Shown in pieces: positions 12,994 through 24,609 of a DNA stretch of 64,000 bases (position 1 is its first letter; each line of letters opens with the position of its first letter). Below the pieces are notes generated by a model. The model made no database searches. It worked only from the letters and a program-made list of their open reading frames with translations, and was not told where the DNA came from. The translations under genes were made by a program, and so were the position numbers. Source of the DNA: Octopus vulgaris (taxonomy: Eukaryota); NCBI GenBank assembly GCA_951406725.2, contig OX597822.1, positions 36,890,001 to 36,954,000 of the forward strand, read 5' to 3'.

Positions 12994-15401
12994 TCATTTA
13001 ACGTCTGCTTTCCATGCTGGCATGGGTTGGACAGTTTAACTGAGGACTGGCAAGCCAGGAGGCTGCACCAGGCTCCAGTCTGATCTGGCAAGGTTTCTAC
13101 AGCTGGATGCCCTTCCTAATGCCAGCCACTTTGAGAGTGTAGTAGGTGCGTTTTACATGCCACTGGCATGAGAGCCAGTAGTGGGCACTGGCATCAACCA
13201 CATTTGGATGGTGCTTTTTATATGCCACTGGTATGGGAGCAAGTCAGAGGGTACTGGCATCAACTACGTTCGGATGGTGGTTTTTATGTGTCACTAGCAT
13301 GGGAGTCAGTGATGGGGCACTGGCATCAACCACATTCAGATGGTGCTTTTTACATGCCACCAGCACAGGGGGCCAGTCGAAAGCACTGGCACTGATCACT
13401 TCAGCATGGTGCCTTTTACATTCCACTGGCATAAGGAGACAATCAGGTGGCACTGGTAATGACCCACGCTCAAATGGTGCTTATTACATGTCACCAGTCA
13501 GGCAGTACTCGCTACAACTACATATATAGGGTGGGTGAAAAGTAAGTAGGCATAAAAAATTGGTATTAAAATCCATATTCTTTCTACAAATTTATGGAAA
13601 CAAATGACACATGTTCTTTATTATATGGGAAAATGAAAGTAAGTCTTCATATTTCAACATAAGCACCAGTGGCATCAACTAGTTTCCTCAAATGGCCAGG
13701 GATGGAATGAGCAACCTTCTGAAGGACATCGTCTGGGATATCATTGAGAACCATCTGAATCTTGAAGTCCTCTAGTGTGTGAGATTTTTTCTAGTACACC
13801 TCTTCTTTTGTGTAACCCCACAGGTAAAAATCACATTGAGTGAGATCTGGACTTCTTGGAGCTCTGGACTTCTGGACATCTGCGGTCTTCAGGTTTTAGC
13901 TCCAGCATGTAATGGGATTTCCACAGATGAAAATTCAATTCCTTATGCAACATCGTATGTATTGTGTGTATTGTTAGTCCACTTTCATGAGCTGCTTGAA
14001 ATACTATACAGTAAATTTATTCAACAAAATCGACATTGGCTTCAACCACAGCCTCCAGACAACTTCAGAATTTCCTGCAACTCTTCTGGACGGTTTCCTT
14101 GTTTAAGTTGGTGAATGTTGCCAAAATCCTTTCCAACAGTTCATCTTTGGTGTTACAATGAGTTTTGTTGGTCTCTTGCTCAACTGCACCTCACACATAA
14201 TAATAATCAAGGGGGTAGCAGTCTGGGGAGTTAGGTAGCCAGATGTTAGGGGTGATGTGGTTGCAGAAACTGTCTGACAGCCATGATTGGGTTCTCCAGC
14301 TTGTGTAGCATGGTGCAAAGTCCTGTTGCCAGACATAGTCTTCCAGCAGTCACCCTCTTCACCCAGAGCAACACTACCTCCTCCAGGCACTTGATGTAGG
14401 CCTCCATGTTGAGTGTGAGGCTATGTGGGAAAATGAATGGAGGCATAACGTTGCCACCACTAGTGATCACTCCAAACACCATGATGTTGACTGGATGTTT
14501 GAATTTTGTCATTTTTGGTACACGTCCTCAAATTGCACTGTCTTCAGATTGACATGCAAACACTCTGAAATGTTTGTATTGGCACTTCCAGCACAAATGC
14601 CAAGTAGTACAGCATGTTGTTTCCAAATTTCTGACAGACTAAATTATGTCATGGTGCTGTTTTTCTCACAGATGGTGCCCAACTGACCCTACTATACTGT
14701 GTAGTCAACAAAATCAAGAACAAACAATGCCCATACACGAAATTAAAAATATAAAGTGGAGACAATTTACCCATCACACCATGTATATATATAATTAAGA
14801 TTCAGTTGAATTAGGTACTTAAATTGAGGCACCTTACTAGTTTGATATAGTTCAACAATATTATTTGATTATTGAATATCAAGACTCCGTGTAGGGGGGT
14901 TTGTGTCTAATATTCCTGTCATATACACAAACAACTCAACCCAGCTACGTGAGGATATCCACACTTGATAATTCAGACATACTTTTTATATAAAGGTCCT
15001 TTCTATAGTATTTCCAAAGTGCAGATTCCAAGTTAGGTAAACAGAATATGAATAAACAAAGATGTACAGGTATCAATTCATTATGGCCATTAATTAATGA
15101 GAACATCATGTCAATTTGAAAGAAACCGCTCTCTTCAAATGCAAGCAAGCAAGCAAGCAAGCAAGCAAACACGCACGCACGCACTTTAGTGATATGCTGT
15201 GGTTGAGAAGACCTATCAAGCCAAGTGAAATTATAGACATGGCCAATGCTGTTGTCATGTAGCTGGCTCATAAAAAGCACCTTTTGAGCGTTGGGCATCA
15301 TGGAGGCAATGTGGCCAATGTCACTGACACAAGAAAAATTCCTTTTGAGTGTTGGGCCTCACAGAGGCAATGACGAATGACTAAGATCTTCGCATTGTGC
15401 C

Positions 15402-15444
<43 letters not shown>

Positions 15445-15479
15445 AGTGCGTGGCAAATGCGTGCGTGCGTGCGTGCGTG

Positions 15480-15521
<42 letters not shown>

Positions 15522-18500
15522 TCTCAGTGTGGCGTGGCGTGCGTGCGTGCGTGCAGCCTAGCGTGCGTGCGTGCGTGCGTGCGTGCGTGCTTGCCAGCCC
15601 TGGTCAAAGCATCCTACCCATGCCAGCATGGACAATGGCGTTAAATGATGATGAGGATGATGATGATGATGATATATATATATACCTCCCTGTACCCACT
15701 TGAATGTACCCACTACCTCATCTTCACCATCTTCTGTCTCTTGAGCTGGTCATGTATCTTCTTTACAAGACACCTCTTTCTGTCCCTCGTTTCATGCTCT
15801 AATCTCTCATCACCCAGCAGAAACCTATCTCTCTCAATACTACTTCCCACTTAGCTAAGGGGGTCTTATCTTGTTACTTGATTTGGTGACCTCACTGCTG
15901 CTGGTGCCATGTATGAAGCACTCAGTACATTTTGTAAAGTGGTTGGCATTAGGAAGGGTACTCAAATGTAGAAACCATACCAAAAGAGACAGCAGAGCTT
16001 GGTGCAGTCTTCTGTTAAGCCAGCTCCTATTAAACCATCTAACTCATGCCATCATGGAAGGAGGATGTTAAATGATGATGATAATGATGATATAACAGGA
16101 TGAGCATCTGGCTATAGAAAATCCACCTCAATAAATTCCGTCCAATCCACACAAGCATGAAAAGATGAGCATTATGATGGTGATGATGCATGCTGTGAAA
16201 AATAGTGTCTTTCTTCTTTTTTTTAAAAGTATTTCTGAAAGCAAGGGTGAAAATATTCAACAAACTATATTTATGGAATGGAATAAGCAGAGCAAGAGCA
16301 CACATGAAGATGAAAAGTATCGCTGAGGAGGTTACATATGTGTAACGAAAGATTTCCAGACAATGGACATGAGTTAGAATAACAACAGTGACAAACGAGT
16401 GAAGAAAGAATATATAGTGCATGTGTTTATTTGGCAAAAAAAAAAAGAAATTACCAACCCGAAATACAACAATATATATTTATCTCCCTTCTCCCCTGTT
16501 CTTTAACTGAGAAAATATAAAGAGCTGGAATGAAAATGAATTATAAGTAGCGATCAAGTAATGAAATACCTGAAGAACTGCTGGTTTCACAGAAGAATCT
16601 TGTAGAAGTTCTTCCAGATGATGCTTTTGATAATTTGAAATTCCAATTGACTTCAATTTACCTTTTGCAAAAGATGGAACAAACAACATAATTAATAGAT
16701 CTATGTTTGAATAAATACATTTTAATAGGCAATTTAACTAACGAGCTTTATACAACTAACTCCACATTGGCTTTGGGAGATATATTTCTACATATATCTT
16801 AGTGTAGGAATCTTTTGTGTATATAAGGAAATATACCATAAATCCTCAAGTATAGTCCACCCTTGAGTATAATACGCAGGGGATTTGCCTCTGTGGGCTG
16901 TGCCTCTGAAAAACCTAAACCTTGTGTATAATACACACCCCTTCTCTAACTTGAGTCAAGGAGGTCTATGTAACGTCCTTGGTTTGTAAAAATGTATATG
17001 GTAACGTCCTTTATTATTGGCATCTGTTTAATTTCATCTTTATTTCTTCTCCATAATCAGACATTGCTTTCGTCAACATCAAATTTTCTTCCTGCGGCCC
17101 TATTACCATGCTCTTCAGTATATGATATAACTTCAAGTTTAAACATAGCTGAATAAGATCTACGAGGCATTTTATGGGCATGTAATGTATAAAATGTTTT
17201 ATTGGAGATTAATGTACAGATTTAAGTTGCGCTTATAAAAAACCCTAGTAAAGACCCACAGTAGTTCAAACATTTAATACTGGTATTTAATTGAGTATCT
17301 ATTGTTTGCCACGGTAATGATGCAAACTACAATACAAACACTATTTAGCGCTAAACTATTAAGCACAATTCGTGCATAATTAAGCCAGCAACACCTAGTT
17401 GAACAAATACTTCCGTGCATGTGTAATACAATAATGGTGATGTTCTTAACTGTTATATGGGAATGTAAAGGTTTGCAAATTGTTTTTGTTACATGTTATT
17501 CTGTGTTCTGAATACTTTTATTTTAATAAATGTTGCTTACTGCAAATTATGGATGATTCTTTTATGACTTCATTGCTTTCAAGCTTAGCTTGAGGTATTT
17601 TCACACCCGACATCACAAAATGCCTCTGAATAAACATTGCTGAACAGCAAATAGAGACTCAGACATTGCTTAGAAAATATTTTTTATTTTTAACCTTGTA
17701 TATAGTATGCACTAGGGATTTTGACCTTTAAATGTTGGGGAAAAAATGCGGATTATACTCGAGGATTTACGGTAATACCTAAATGTAACCACAGAAGATA
17801 TTAAAGGAAACATTAAAGTAAATAAAAACAGAATGGATAACATTATTTGACATTTTAATAAAGTGCAGTTATAACAAGTACAAAATATCAGTGTCAGTTA
17901 CCTCCCTTCAATGATAACCCAATTCTAGTTTGAGACAGAAATGCTGAAAAACAGGGATCTCCAATCACCGGACCACTAACCAGTAAAGGACTGCAGATTA
18001 TTGGGTACCGGCTGCCCAGAAAGAGTATATTTTAAAATCTTGTTTCTATTTTATTGACTATTGCAGTCTGCAGGGTGCTTTTGCATTATATATGTATTAT
18101 ATATATATTGTAATTAAATTATATATTATGCACTTTATTGTGTTTTGTTAAACACACAGTGGAAGCGTGCTGGACCCATGATGATGATGATGTAATTCCC
18201 CAGTCTGTGGGAAAATTGTTTGATAGAGCAGCTGAGAGAAGACATGTAACATTATGGTCAATTAGGAGGGTGGAAAGAAAATACATCAAGAGATAAAAGT
18301 AGCTTTATGGTCATGAGTAAGATGGAAGTCAGTGTGAGTCATTGAGAAATAGGGGTAATATTATGGTCAAGGTTTAATCAAATCTATTGTCATAAAAAAT
18401 GAAATTTATTGAGGGTTCAAATTGAAGTCTCACCTTCCTTGTACAACATCTCCATGTCTTTCCAGCTTTCTTGACGAAGAATCTTTTGCTTGCTGTCTGC

Positions 18501-21500
18501 AGGTTTGAACCCCTGTACACCAGGCCAATGAATTAAATATAAGTCGAGGTAGTCAGTTTTCAAGCGTGATAATGATTGTAAACAAGCTTCTCGGCACTTT
18601 CCACTTCCTTGATCTCTTGGGCCTGCAAATAATTGATCCAAGAGAGTCATCACATGTGTTAATTTGAAATTATGTTAGTCAACTGATTAAGTTGTAGGAC
18701 CATGCACTTATATCTCATAAGTTCAAAATCTGTCTCATTATAAAATGGTTGTCAACTTACAGCAGAAATGCCTCCCCGGCTCATACTGACATAGAAAAAA
18801 AAAAGAGACATTTTCTTCCAATGAAGAGTTAAGCTAGTTGAATTATTAGTTGTGATCTATTACATCTGAGTCGATGGTTTGTATTAATTGTTAGCAAGGA
18901 CAGAGTATTTCATTTTGCAACTATAAATTACTACCAAGTATATTAAAGGCTTACAAGTCAATGCTGTGCCTTCCCTTTTTGTGTTTGTAGTACAGTGTTG
19001 CAATTTTTAAGTTTGTCTCTACAGATTTTCTATACAATTTGGAACAAACACTGAAAGTTATGATGTTTTCTATGCAAATACGTTTATGTAAACTGCAAAT
19101 AAAGATAGAAAACATAGGTAATGGGTATATATGCTTATCTCAAGAGTTATTGCTCTTTTATCAGCATCACATCCAATCCATCAACTACCCATAAACACAT
19201 TGCTTAAATACCCACCAAGTTTAGTGATGTAGCACTATTGGATAGACCAATTTACATATTAAATACATTCCTGACAGCTGGTATGTAAATATTACTTGCT
19301 AGCATGGATACAACTTTGTGCTGATGAAAGAGCAATAATTCTTTAAATACGCATATATACCCATTGCCTATCTTTGACTGCATTGTTTACATAAATGTAT
19401 TCATATACAAAACATTAGTGGAGGCACATGGCCTAGTGGTTAGAGCAACGGACTCATGATCTCGAGGGATAGCGGGTTCAAATCTCAGACTGGGCGATGT
19501 GTGTGTTTATGAGTGAAACACCTAAGCTCCACGCAGCTCTGGCAGAAGGTAATGGCAAAATTCTGCTGACTCTTTCGCCACAACTTTCTTTCACTCTTTC
19601 CTCCTGCATCTTGCAGCTCACCTGCAATGGACCGGCGTCCCATCCAGGTGGGGAACCTAATATGCCAAGGAAACCAGCCCTATGAGCCAAGCATGGATCG
19701 AGAAGGAAGAAACAACAATACAAAACATTGTAACTTTCAGTACTGGCTCTGAGTTCTATAAAACATCTGTGGAGATAAACTTATTAATAGTTAATATCTC
19801 ACTATTACTTCTGTATTTTGAGTCAGCATTGTAGCAGAATTGTCAGTGATCAACACAATATGCTTCTCAGCTTTACATTCTGAGTTCAAATGCCAGCAAG
19901 GTCCACTTTACATTCCATCCTTTTAGTGGTTACTAAATAAGTACCAGTCAAATGCAGGAGTTGATGAAATTGACTTATTCCACCCCTAAAATTGCTGACC
20001 TTGTGCGAAAATTAGAAAAAATTATTACTGACCAAGATACTTCATTCTAAATGCCTCAACTCACCTAGCTGGAGTTAGGTACCATATGGAGTGGTACGGC
20101 ATACTGTTACTGTTGTAAATATTGGAGGTACTGTAAAAACGATAAATGATTTATGCTGAACAAGTCACCTTAACTAAAATTTATGAATAATACTCACCTA
20201 ATTTACTGGTGATGAATATGTCCTCTCTTTTCAAGTTATATTTAGCGAGTAGTTCCAGAAGACTTGATCCGATGTCTGATTCATTTTTGTACACTGAGGC
20301 TGTGTCTGTCAAGTGGAATAACAGCAATGACGTGTGTAATCTTTTATTAAATCTCTAATAGTATGTGTATGTGAATGTGCACATGCATGTGTATGTGTGT
20401 GTGTGTGTGTGTGTATGTACATAGCATATACATACACATCACACATAACTGCAACAGGATCAGTGAATCTCAATGATCTACCTCACTGACCTCTGTAAAA
20501 ACAACAACAGCAGCAGCAGCCGCCACCACCGCCACCACCATTTAATGTTCATTGTCATGCTGGTATGGATTGGATGGTTTGACTGGGCTGGCATACTGGA
20601 AGGCTGCACCAGGATCCAGTCTCATTTGGCATGGTTTTCTATGGCTGGATGCCCTTCCTAACACCAACTACTCCAAGAGTGTAATGGGTGCTTTTACATG
20701 CCACTGGCAAGGGTGTCATTTGCATGACACCAGTATCTGCCATGACTGTGATTTTGCTTGGCTTGATGGTTCTTCTTCTCAAGCATGACATAATGCCAAA
20801 GGTCTTGATCATTGCCTCAGTGAGGCCCAACACTTGAAAGGGGCTGAGCTACTTTGTCTCCATGAGGCCCAATGCTTGAAAGAAACTTAGTGACCTCACC
20901 TCCATGAGGCCCAACACTTGAAAGGAACTCAGTCACTTTGTCTCTGTCAGGCCCAACATTCAAAAGTTGATTTTTTTTTCTTTTTTACATGCCACCAGCA
21001 TGGGTGCACTTGGCTTGATAGGTCTTCTTAAGCAGAACACATCGCCAAAGGTTTTGGTCACTAGTCATTGCCTCTGTGAGATTCAAAGTTCGAAAGTCAT
21101 CCTTCACCACATTGTCCCATGTCTTCCGGGTCTACCTCTACCACAGGTTTCCTCCATAGAGAACAACACTTCTTTACATAACTGTCCTCGTCCGTATGCA
21201 TCACATGACAGGAAGACAACAGAAACAGGAAGAAAGAGTGAAAGTTGTGGTGAAAGAGTACAACAGGGTTCACCACCACCCCCTCAATACGCCCGATCTG
21301 GGAATCAAAACTGCGATCCTACGACCGTTAGTTTGCTGCCCTAACCACTGGGCCATTGCACCTCCACACTCTGTCAAATGTAATGTTTATTTATTCCCAT
21401 TATTTTAACTAATCGTGCATTACCTTGTAGCTTTGAGATTTCAATGGCATGATTGTTATATATTTAGAATGGCATTGTAGGATAGGTGTGAGAGGCTACA

Positions 21501-22648
21501 TCTGGCCAGTTTGAACATAAAACAGGTAGTATATTTGGGCTGGATATGGTAGGTTTGAATGCTGAAGGGTTAAACTATAAACTATTTTCTCTTTATAAGC
21601 TTTGTAGAGTGTTAAATTTAGCTTCATTTGTTATGCTATGCTGATGGTCCCAAAGAAGGATGAAATAGTATTATACGAGGTTACCAATAAGTGGGAGCTT
21701 TAAGAACTTTAGATTATGTAGAAAGAAAAAAAAGTATATTCCTCAACTTAACCTAGAAGAGATTGTCTCCCTTATAATGGTAAATTGAGCAGGTGCAAAC
21801 ATCATCATCGTTTAACGTCCGTTTTCCATGCTAGCATGTGTTGGACGGTTCAACCGGTGTCTGGGAAGCCAGGAGGCTGTACCAGGCTCCGGTTTGATCT
21901 GACAGTGCTTCTACAGCTGGATGCACTTCCTAACACCAACCACTCCATGAGTGTAGTGGGTGCTTTTTACATGCCACTGGCACAGGGGCCAGAGAAGGCT
22001 TACAACAGCCACGATCGGTTGGTGCTTTTTACATGCCACTGGCACGGGAGCTGATCAAGGCAGCACTGGCATCGGCCACGTTTGGATGGTGCTTTTTATG
22101 TGCCACAGCATCTCATCTAAGCAGACTCTTTCCCTAATGAGATGGGCTATGACCCTCTCCGTGACCTTCATCACCTGATCCAGCAGTTTGATATCCCTGT
22201 AGTTATTTCCATGTACTAAAAAATAAATTACAGTAAAATATAAGATTTACCAATAGATCGGTAACCAGCTGCCAAAGCAGCATCCAACACAGAATAAATC
22301 AACTCTTTGCCTTGAATCTTGTGAGTCCCCACTGCAAAAAAATAAATAAATAACTAAATAAAATGAACAAATATCCTTTACTTGTTGATTACAGTTTAAC
22401 ATATGGTTACCTCCATTCATCGTATATAGAATATTATAGTATTCTTGACTGCCATCTTTTATCTTTCACTTGTTTCAGTCATTAGACTGTGGCCATGTTG
22501 GGCCATGCCTTCAAGAATTTTTGTGGCCATGCTTTGAAGAATTTATCTTAGTCAAATGGATCAACCCCAATACTTATTTTTATTTCAAGCCTGGTATTTT
22601 GTTGGTCTCTTTTGCCAAACCACTAAGTTACAGTGTAAGCATACATAT

Positions 22649-22725
<77 letters not shown>

Positions 22726-24146
22726 GGCTGATCAAAATGGTGCTTCCTTACTCAACATCTAAAAGCAACACTATAAAGTAACAGAAAGGCACCAAGTTGG
22801 CAGATCGTTAGCCCACTGGGCAAAATACTTAGCAGCATTTTTATGTTCAGCATTCAAAGTCCACCAAGGTTGACTTTGCCCTTCATCCTTTCAGAGTCGA
22901 TAAATTAGGTAACAGTTGAGCACTGGGGTCAATGTAATCAACTTCCCCTCCCTTGAAATTGGTGGTCTTGTGCAAAAATTTGAAACCAATATAAAGTAAT
23001 GGCCCTTTCTTTGGTACACATATACACCCGTATCATCTTTTCCAAGCTGGCAAGGGTTCGATGGTTCCACAGGAACCAATGGACCAGAGGACCTAATGTC
23101 AGTGTTTTGGCCTCACTTCTTCTGCAGGATATCCTTCCAAATACCAATTACGTCAGAGAATTTTCTGGGTGCATTTTAGTGTCACCAGCACGAGTGAAGT
23201 CACCAAGTACTTGCTTCTACGTTCTTTAACTCCTAAACAATATTGACCTGGTTATATCTGATAAATCCTTAATTCTGCCAGCAAAATTTTATTTAGAAAC
23301 ACAAGAATAATAACATCTTTACAATATCTGCTCATTTATTTTGACTACAAATTTGCAGAAGATTAGAGAATAAAACATTTATGGTCGCGTGCCAAAATTG
23401 GCAACAGGAAATCAAGGACAGTTTATGATTCTTATAACTAAAACAACAATATACTATATTTTTTTATAATTAAGATAAAAAAGAAAGAAAAACTTTGATT
23501 CACACAGCAGTAATTTACAGGAAACAGTAATTATAAGCTGTTTCTGGAAGCTACTTAAATACCACGATAGAAGTAACAGATGTTATATGACTCAACAGAA
23601 GAGTAAAAATCGAGTTTCTGTTTTTAAATGAAATGCTATGTTTGTAGATCTTTAGATTTTTTCTTTTATCTTCTAAGGAATAATTTTTTAAATGGATTGT
23701 GAGCGCGCTGTAAACGTTGTTTGCATTACATCGAAGGTATACGAATTCTTTTACCAACAACCAGCAAACGAGCAAAAATCTACATGGCCAGCAATACTGG
23801 TCATATTCACTTGGATCTCACCCTATGGTATAAAAAGGGAAGGACACGTGGAAGAATATATTTCTATATATGCAAAAAGGCTGTATGGTCACAGCTGGAA
23901 TCTTTTGATCACAAATCTGATTCTTCTGAGATTACACAACAGTAGCTTGGTAACTACGCGTGACCAATAACAACAGCCTTTTACAAATAAACTTCCGTTT
24001 TCAGTAAGCTTAAAATTTAACACGATAATAATTGAACTAAAATAATACGTACAACCAACGATGGGCATTAATAAGCCACTGTTTAATTTTACTTTAGCTG
24101 TATGAATTGAGTGTTTCATTTTGCCGTCTTTCAGTCGAGCAGACAT
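6972..24146 (-). CDS. Aldo-keto reductase (glyoxal reductase/YtbE-like AKR5-type), complete, 8 exons, 912 nt, 303 aa
   Basis: Motifs [70 protein letters not shown]. Catalytic D-Y-K-H present. Seven GT-AG introns with consistent phases. Confidence 0.96.
8286..8737 (+). mobile_element. Two tandem SINE copies (family of the 2150 element) separated by (ATT)n
   Basis: Heads at about 8286 and 8515, core gcctttcatcctt, tail ending in att repeats. Confidence 0.8.
8740..9280 (-). mobile_element. R4/Dong-like non-LTR retrotransposon 3' fragment (restriction-like endonuclease C-terminus)
   Basis: Frameshifted [10 protein letters not shown]...[41 protein letters not shown]; 3' end in (TAA)n. Confidence 0.75.
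9301..9394 (-). CDS. AKR exon 7 ([31 protein letters not shown])
   Basis: tgtag| and |gtacgt, 94 nt. Confidence 0.95.
10493..11110 (+). mobile_element. Cluster: CORE-like SINE head plus two RTE tail elements
   Basis: tRNA-like A/B boxes and ccttgggcaagt, then RTE 3' UTR repeats and (GAT)n tails. Confidence 0.8.
12163..12270 (-). CDS. AKR exon 6 ([36 protein letters not shown])
   Basis: tgtag| and |gtaagt, 108 nt. Confidence 0.95.
12990..13520 (-). mobile_element. RTE 3' UTR fragment with about 6 tandem units of about 58 bp
   Basis: Repeated ggtgctttttacatgccac...ggcactggcatcaaccac. Confidence 0.85.
13528..13890 (-). mobile_element. Tc1/mariner transposase C-terminal remnant with one TIR
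   Basis: [22 protein letters not shown]...GAYVEI*; end ta|tagggtgggtgaaaagtaagt. Confidence 0.8.
14010..14783 (-). mobile_element. maT (DD37D) Tc1/mariner remnant
   Basis: VMVFG-like motif ([11 protein letters not shown]), then WQQD-(37 aa)-D in [10 protein letters not shown]; frameshift and stop codons; TA-flanked end at 14783. Confidence 0.88.
15400..15590. repeat. (GCGT)n tetranucleotide microsatellite inside an RTE-derived element
   Basis: About 190 bp of imperfect GCGT repeats. Confidence 0.95.
16570..16661 (-). CDS. AKR exon 5 ([31 protein letters not shown])
   Basis: aaaag| and |gtattt, 92 nt. Confidence 0.93.
16836..17772 (-). mobile_element. Non-autonomous pogo-family DNA transposon with TIRs and TA TSD
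   Basis: TIRs ccataaatcctcaagtata / ccgtaaatcctcgagtata, TA on both sides. Remnant [41 protein letters not shown] (Brinker-type DNA-binding domain as in pogo/POGK) at 17170-17040. Confidence 0.88.
17952..18225 (+). mobile_element. Decayed hAT-Charlie-like MITE
   Basis: Starts cagggatctccaatcaccggaccac and has cagtctgtgggaaaattgt near the end, resembling Charlie/MER1-type termini from memory. Confidence 0.4.
18434..18622 (-). CDS. AKR exon 4 (GPRDQG...[12 protein letters not shown]...EMLYKE)
   Basis: tgcag| and |gtgaga, 189 nt; catalytic H. Confidence 0.96.
18995..19795. mobile_element. Foldback/MITE-like element with about 170-bp imperfect inverted arms, right arm split by a SINE
   Basis: 18995-19170 is the reverse complement of 19315-19416 plus 19730-19795. 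Confidence 0.75.
19417..19717 (+). mobile_element. tRNA-derived SINE with 12-bp TSD
   Basis: A box tggcctagtgg, B box ggttcaaatc; TSD atacaaaacatt at 19405-19416 and 19718-19729. Confidence 0.9.
20198..20305 (-). CDS. AKR exon 3 ([13 protein letters not shown]...[10 protein letters not shown])
   Basis: gacag| and |gtgagt, 108 nt; catalytic D, Y, K. Confidence 0.96.
20535..21205 (-). mobile_element. RTE 3' fragments containing an about 43-bp tandem repeat (20815-20965)
   Basis: RTE tail, LGLTEAM-coding segment repeated 4 times, GRPGRHG-like C-terminal remnant. Confidence 0.8.
21800..22208 (-). mobile_element. Internally deleted RTE derivative (short RT start joined to 3' UTR)
   Basis: [24 protein letters not shown] fused directly to 3' UTR repeats and tail. 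Confidence 0.85.
22251..22331 (-). CDS. AKR exon 2 ([27 protein letters not shown])
   Basis: tgcag| and |gtaaat, 81 nt. Confidence 0.94.
22651..22724. repeat. (GT)n microsatellite, about 37 units
   Basis: Perfect dinucleotide run. Confidence 0.97.
24053..24146 (-). CDS. AKR exon 1 ([31 protein letters not shown])
   Basis: ATG at 24146 (second in-frame Met 9 codons later is an alternative start), |gtacgt donor. Confidence 0.88.
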
Positions 24147-24420
24147 AACGGTGTCATATCAAATTATATTAAACCTAATATGTTTTCTTTTATGGATTAA
24201 TTTAAAATCGATAAATTGATGTTGTTTCAAAAAAAAAAGGGAAAGGATGGCTGGGGGGGGGGGGCGAAGTCTTGCCGTTGTTGTTTTGCTCTGAGAGAAA
24301 TCGATTAATTGAAGGGAAATGTTCTGCGAAGTTTGATAAATATAATGTAAACATAAAATAGTTGTTGGTTATATTTTTAGGCGGTACTTTTTAATGCGAT
24401 ACCGTTTTAATACAGAAACA
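24147..24420 (-). promoter_or_regulatory. Probable AKR 5' UTR / proximal promoter
   Basis: Immediately upstream of the ATG. Non-repetitive and visibly richer in CpG than the introns. The TSS cannot be placed from sequence alone. Confidence 0.4.
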
Positions 24421-24609
24421 ATATCTCTATAGTAAATACTAGATGGACCACTCAATGGACAGTGTCATCACCTCTGCAATTTAGCATAGGCGTAGATTTG
24501 GGACAAAAACATGATTCCAACAGTGGGATTAAAATGAAAGAAAACGAAGCCAGAGATGTCCGAAAAGTCCACCAGAGTCGATGGAAGGGGGAGCTGCACT
24601 GAGGCTGAA

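Noticed and set aside
13150-13500. CRISPR-like repeat array (also 33085-33560)
   Set aside because: Units are degenerate along their whole length with no unique spacers, there are no cas genes, and the context is eukaryotic. The first array is RTE 3' UTR.
6972-24146. Bacterial contamination or recent HGT of the AKR
   Set aside because: Seven canonical spliceosomal introns filled with host repeats.
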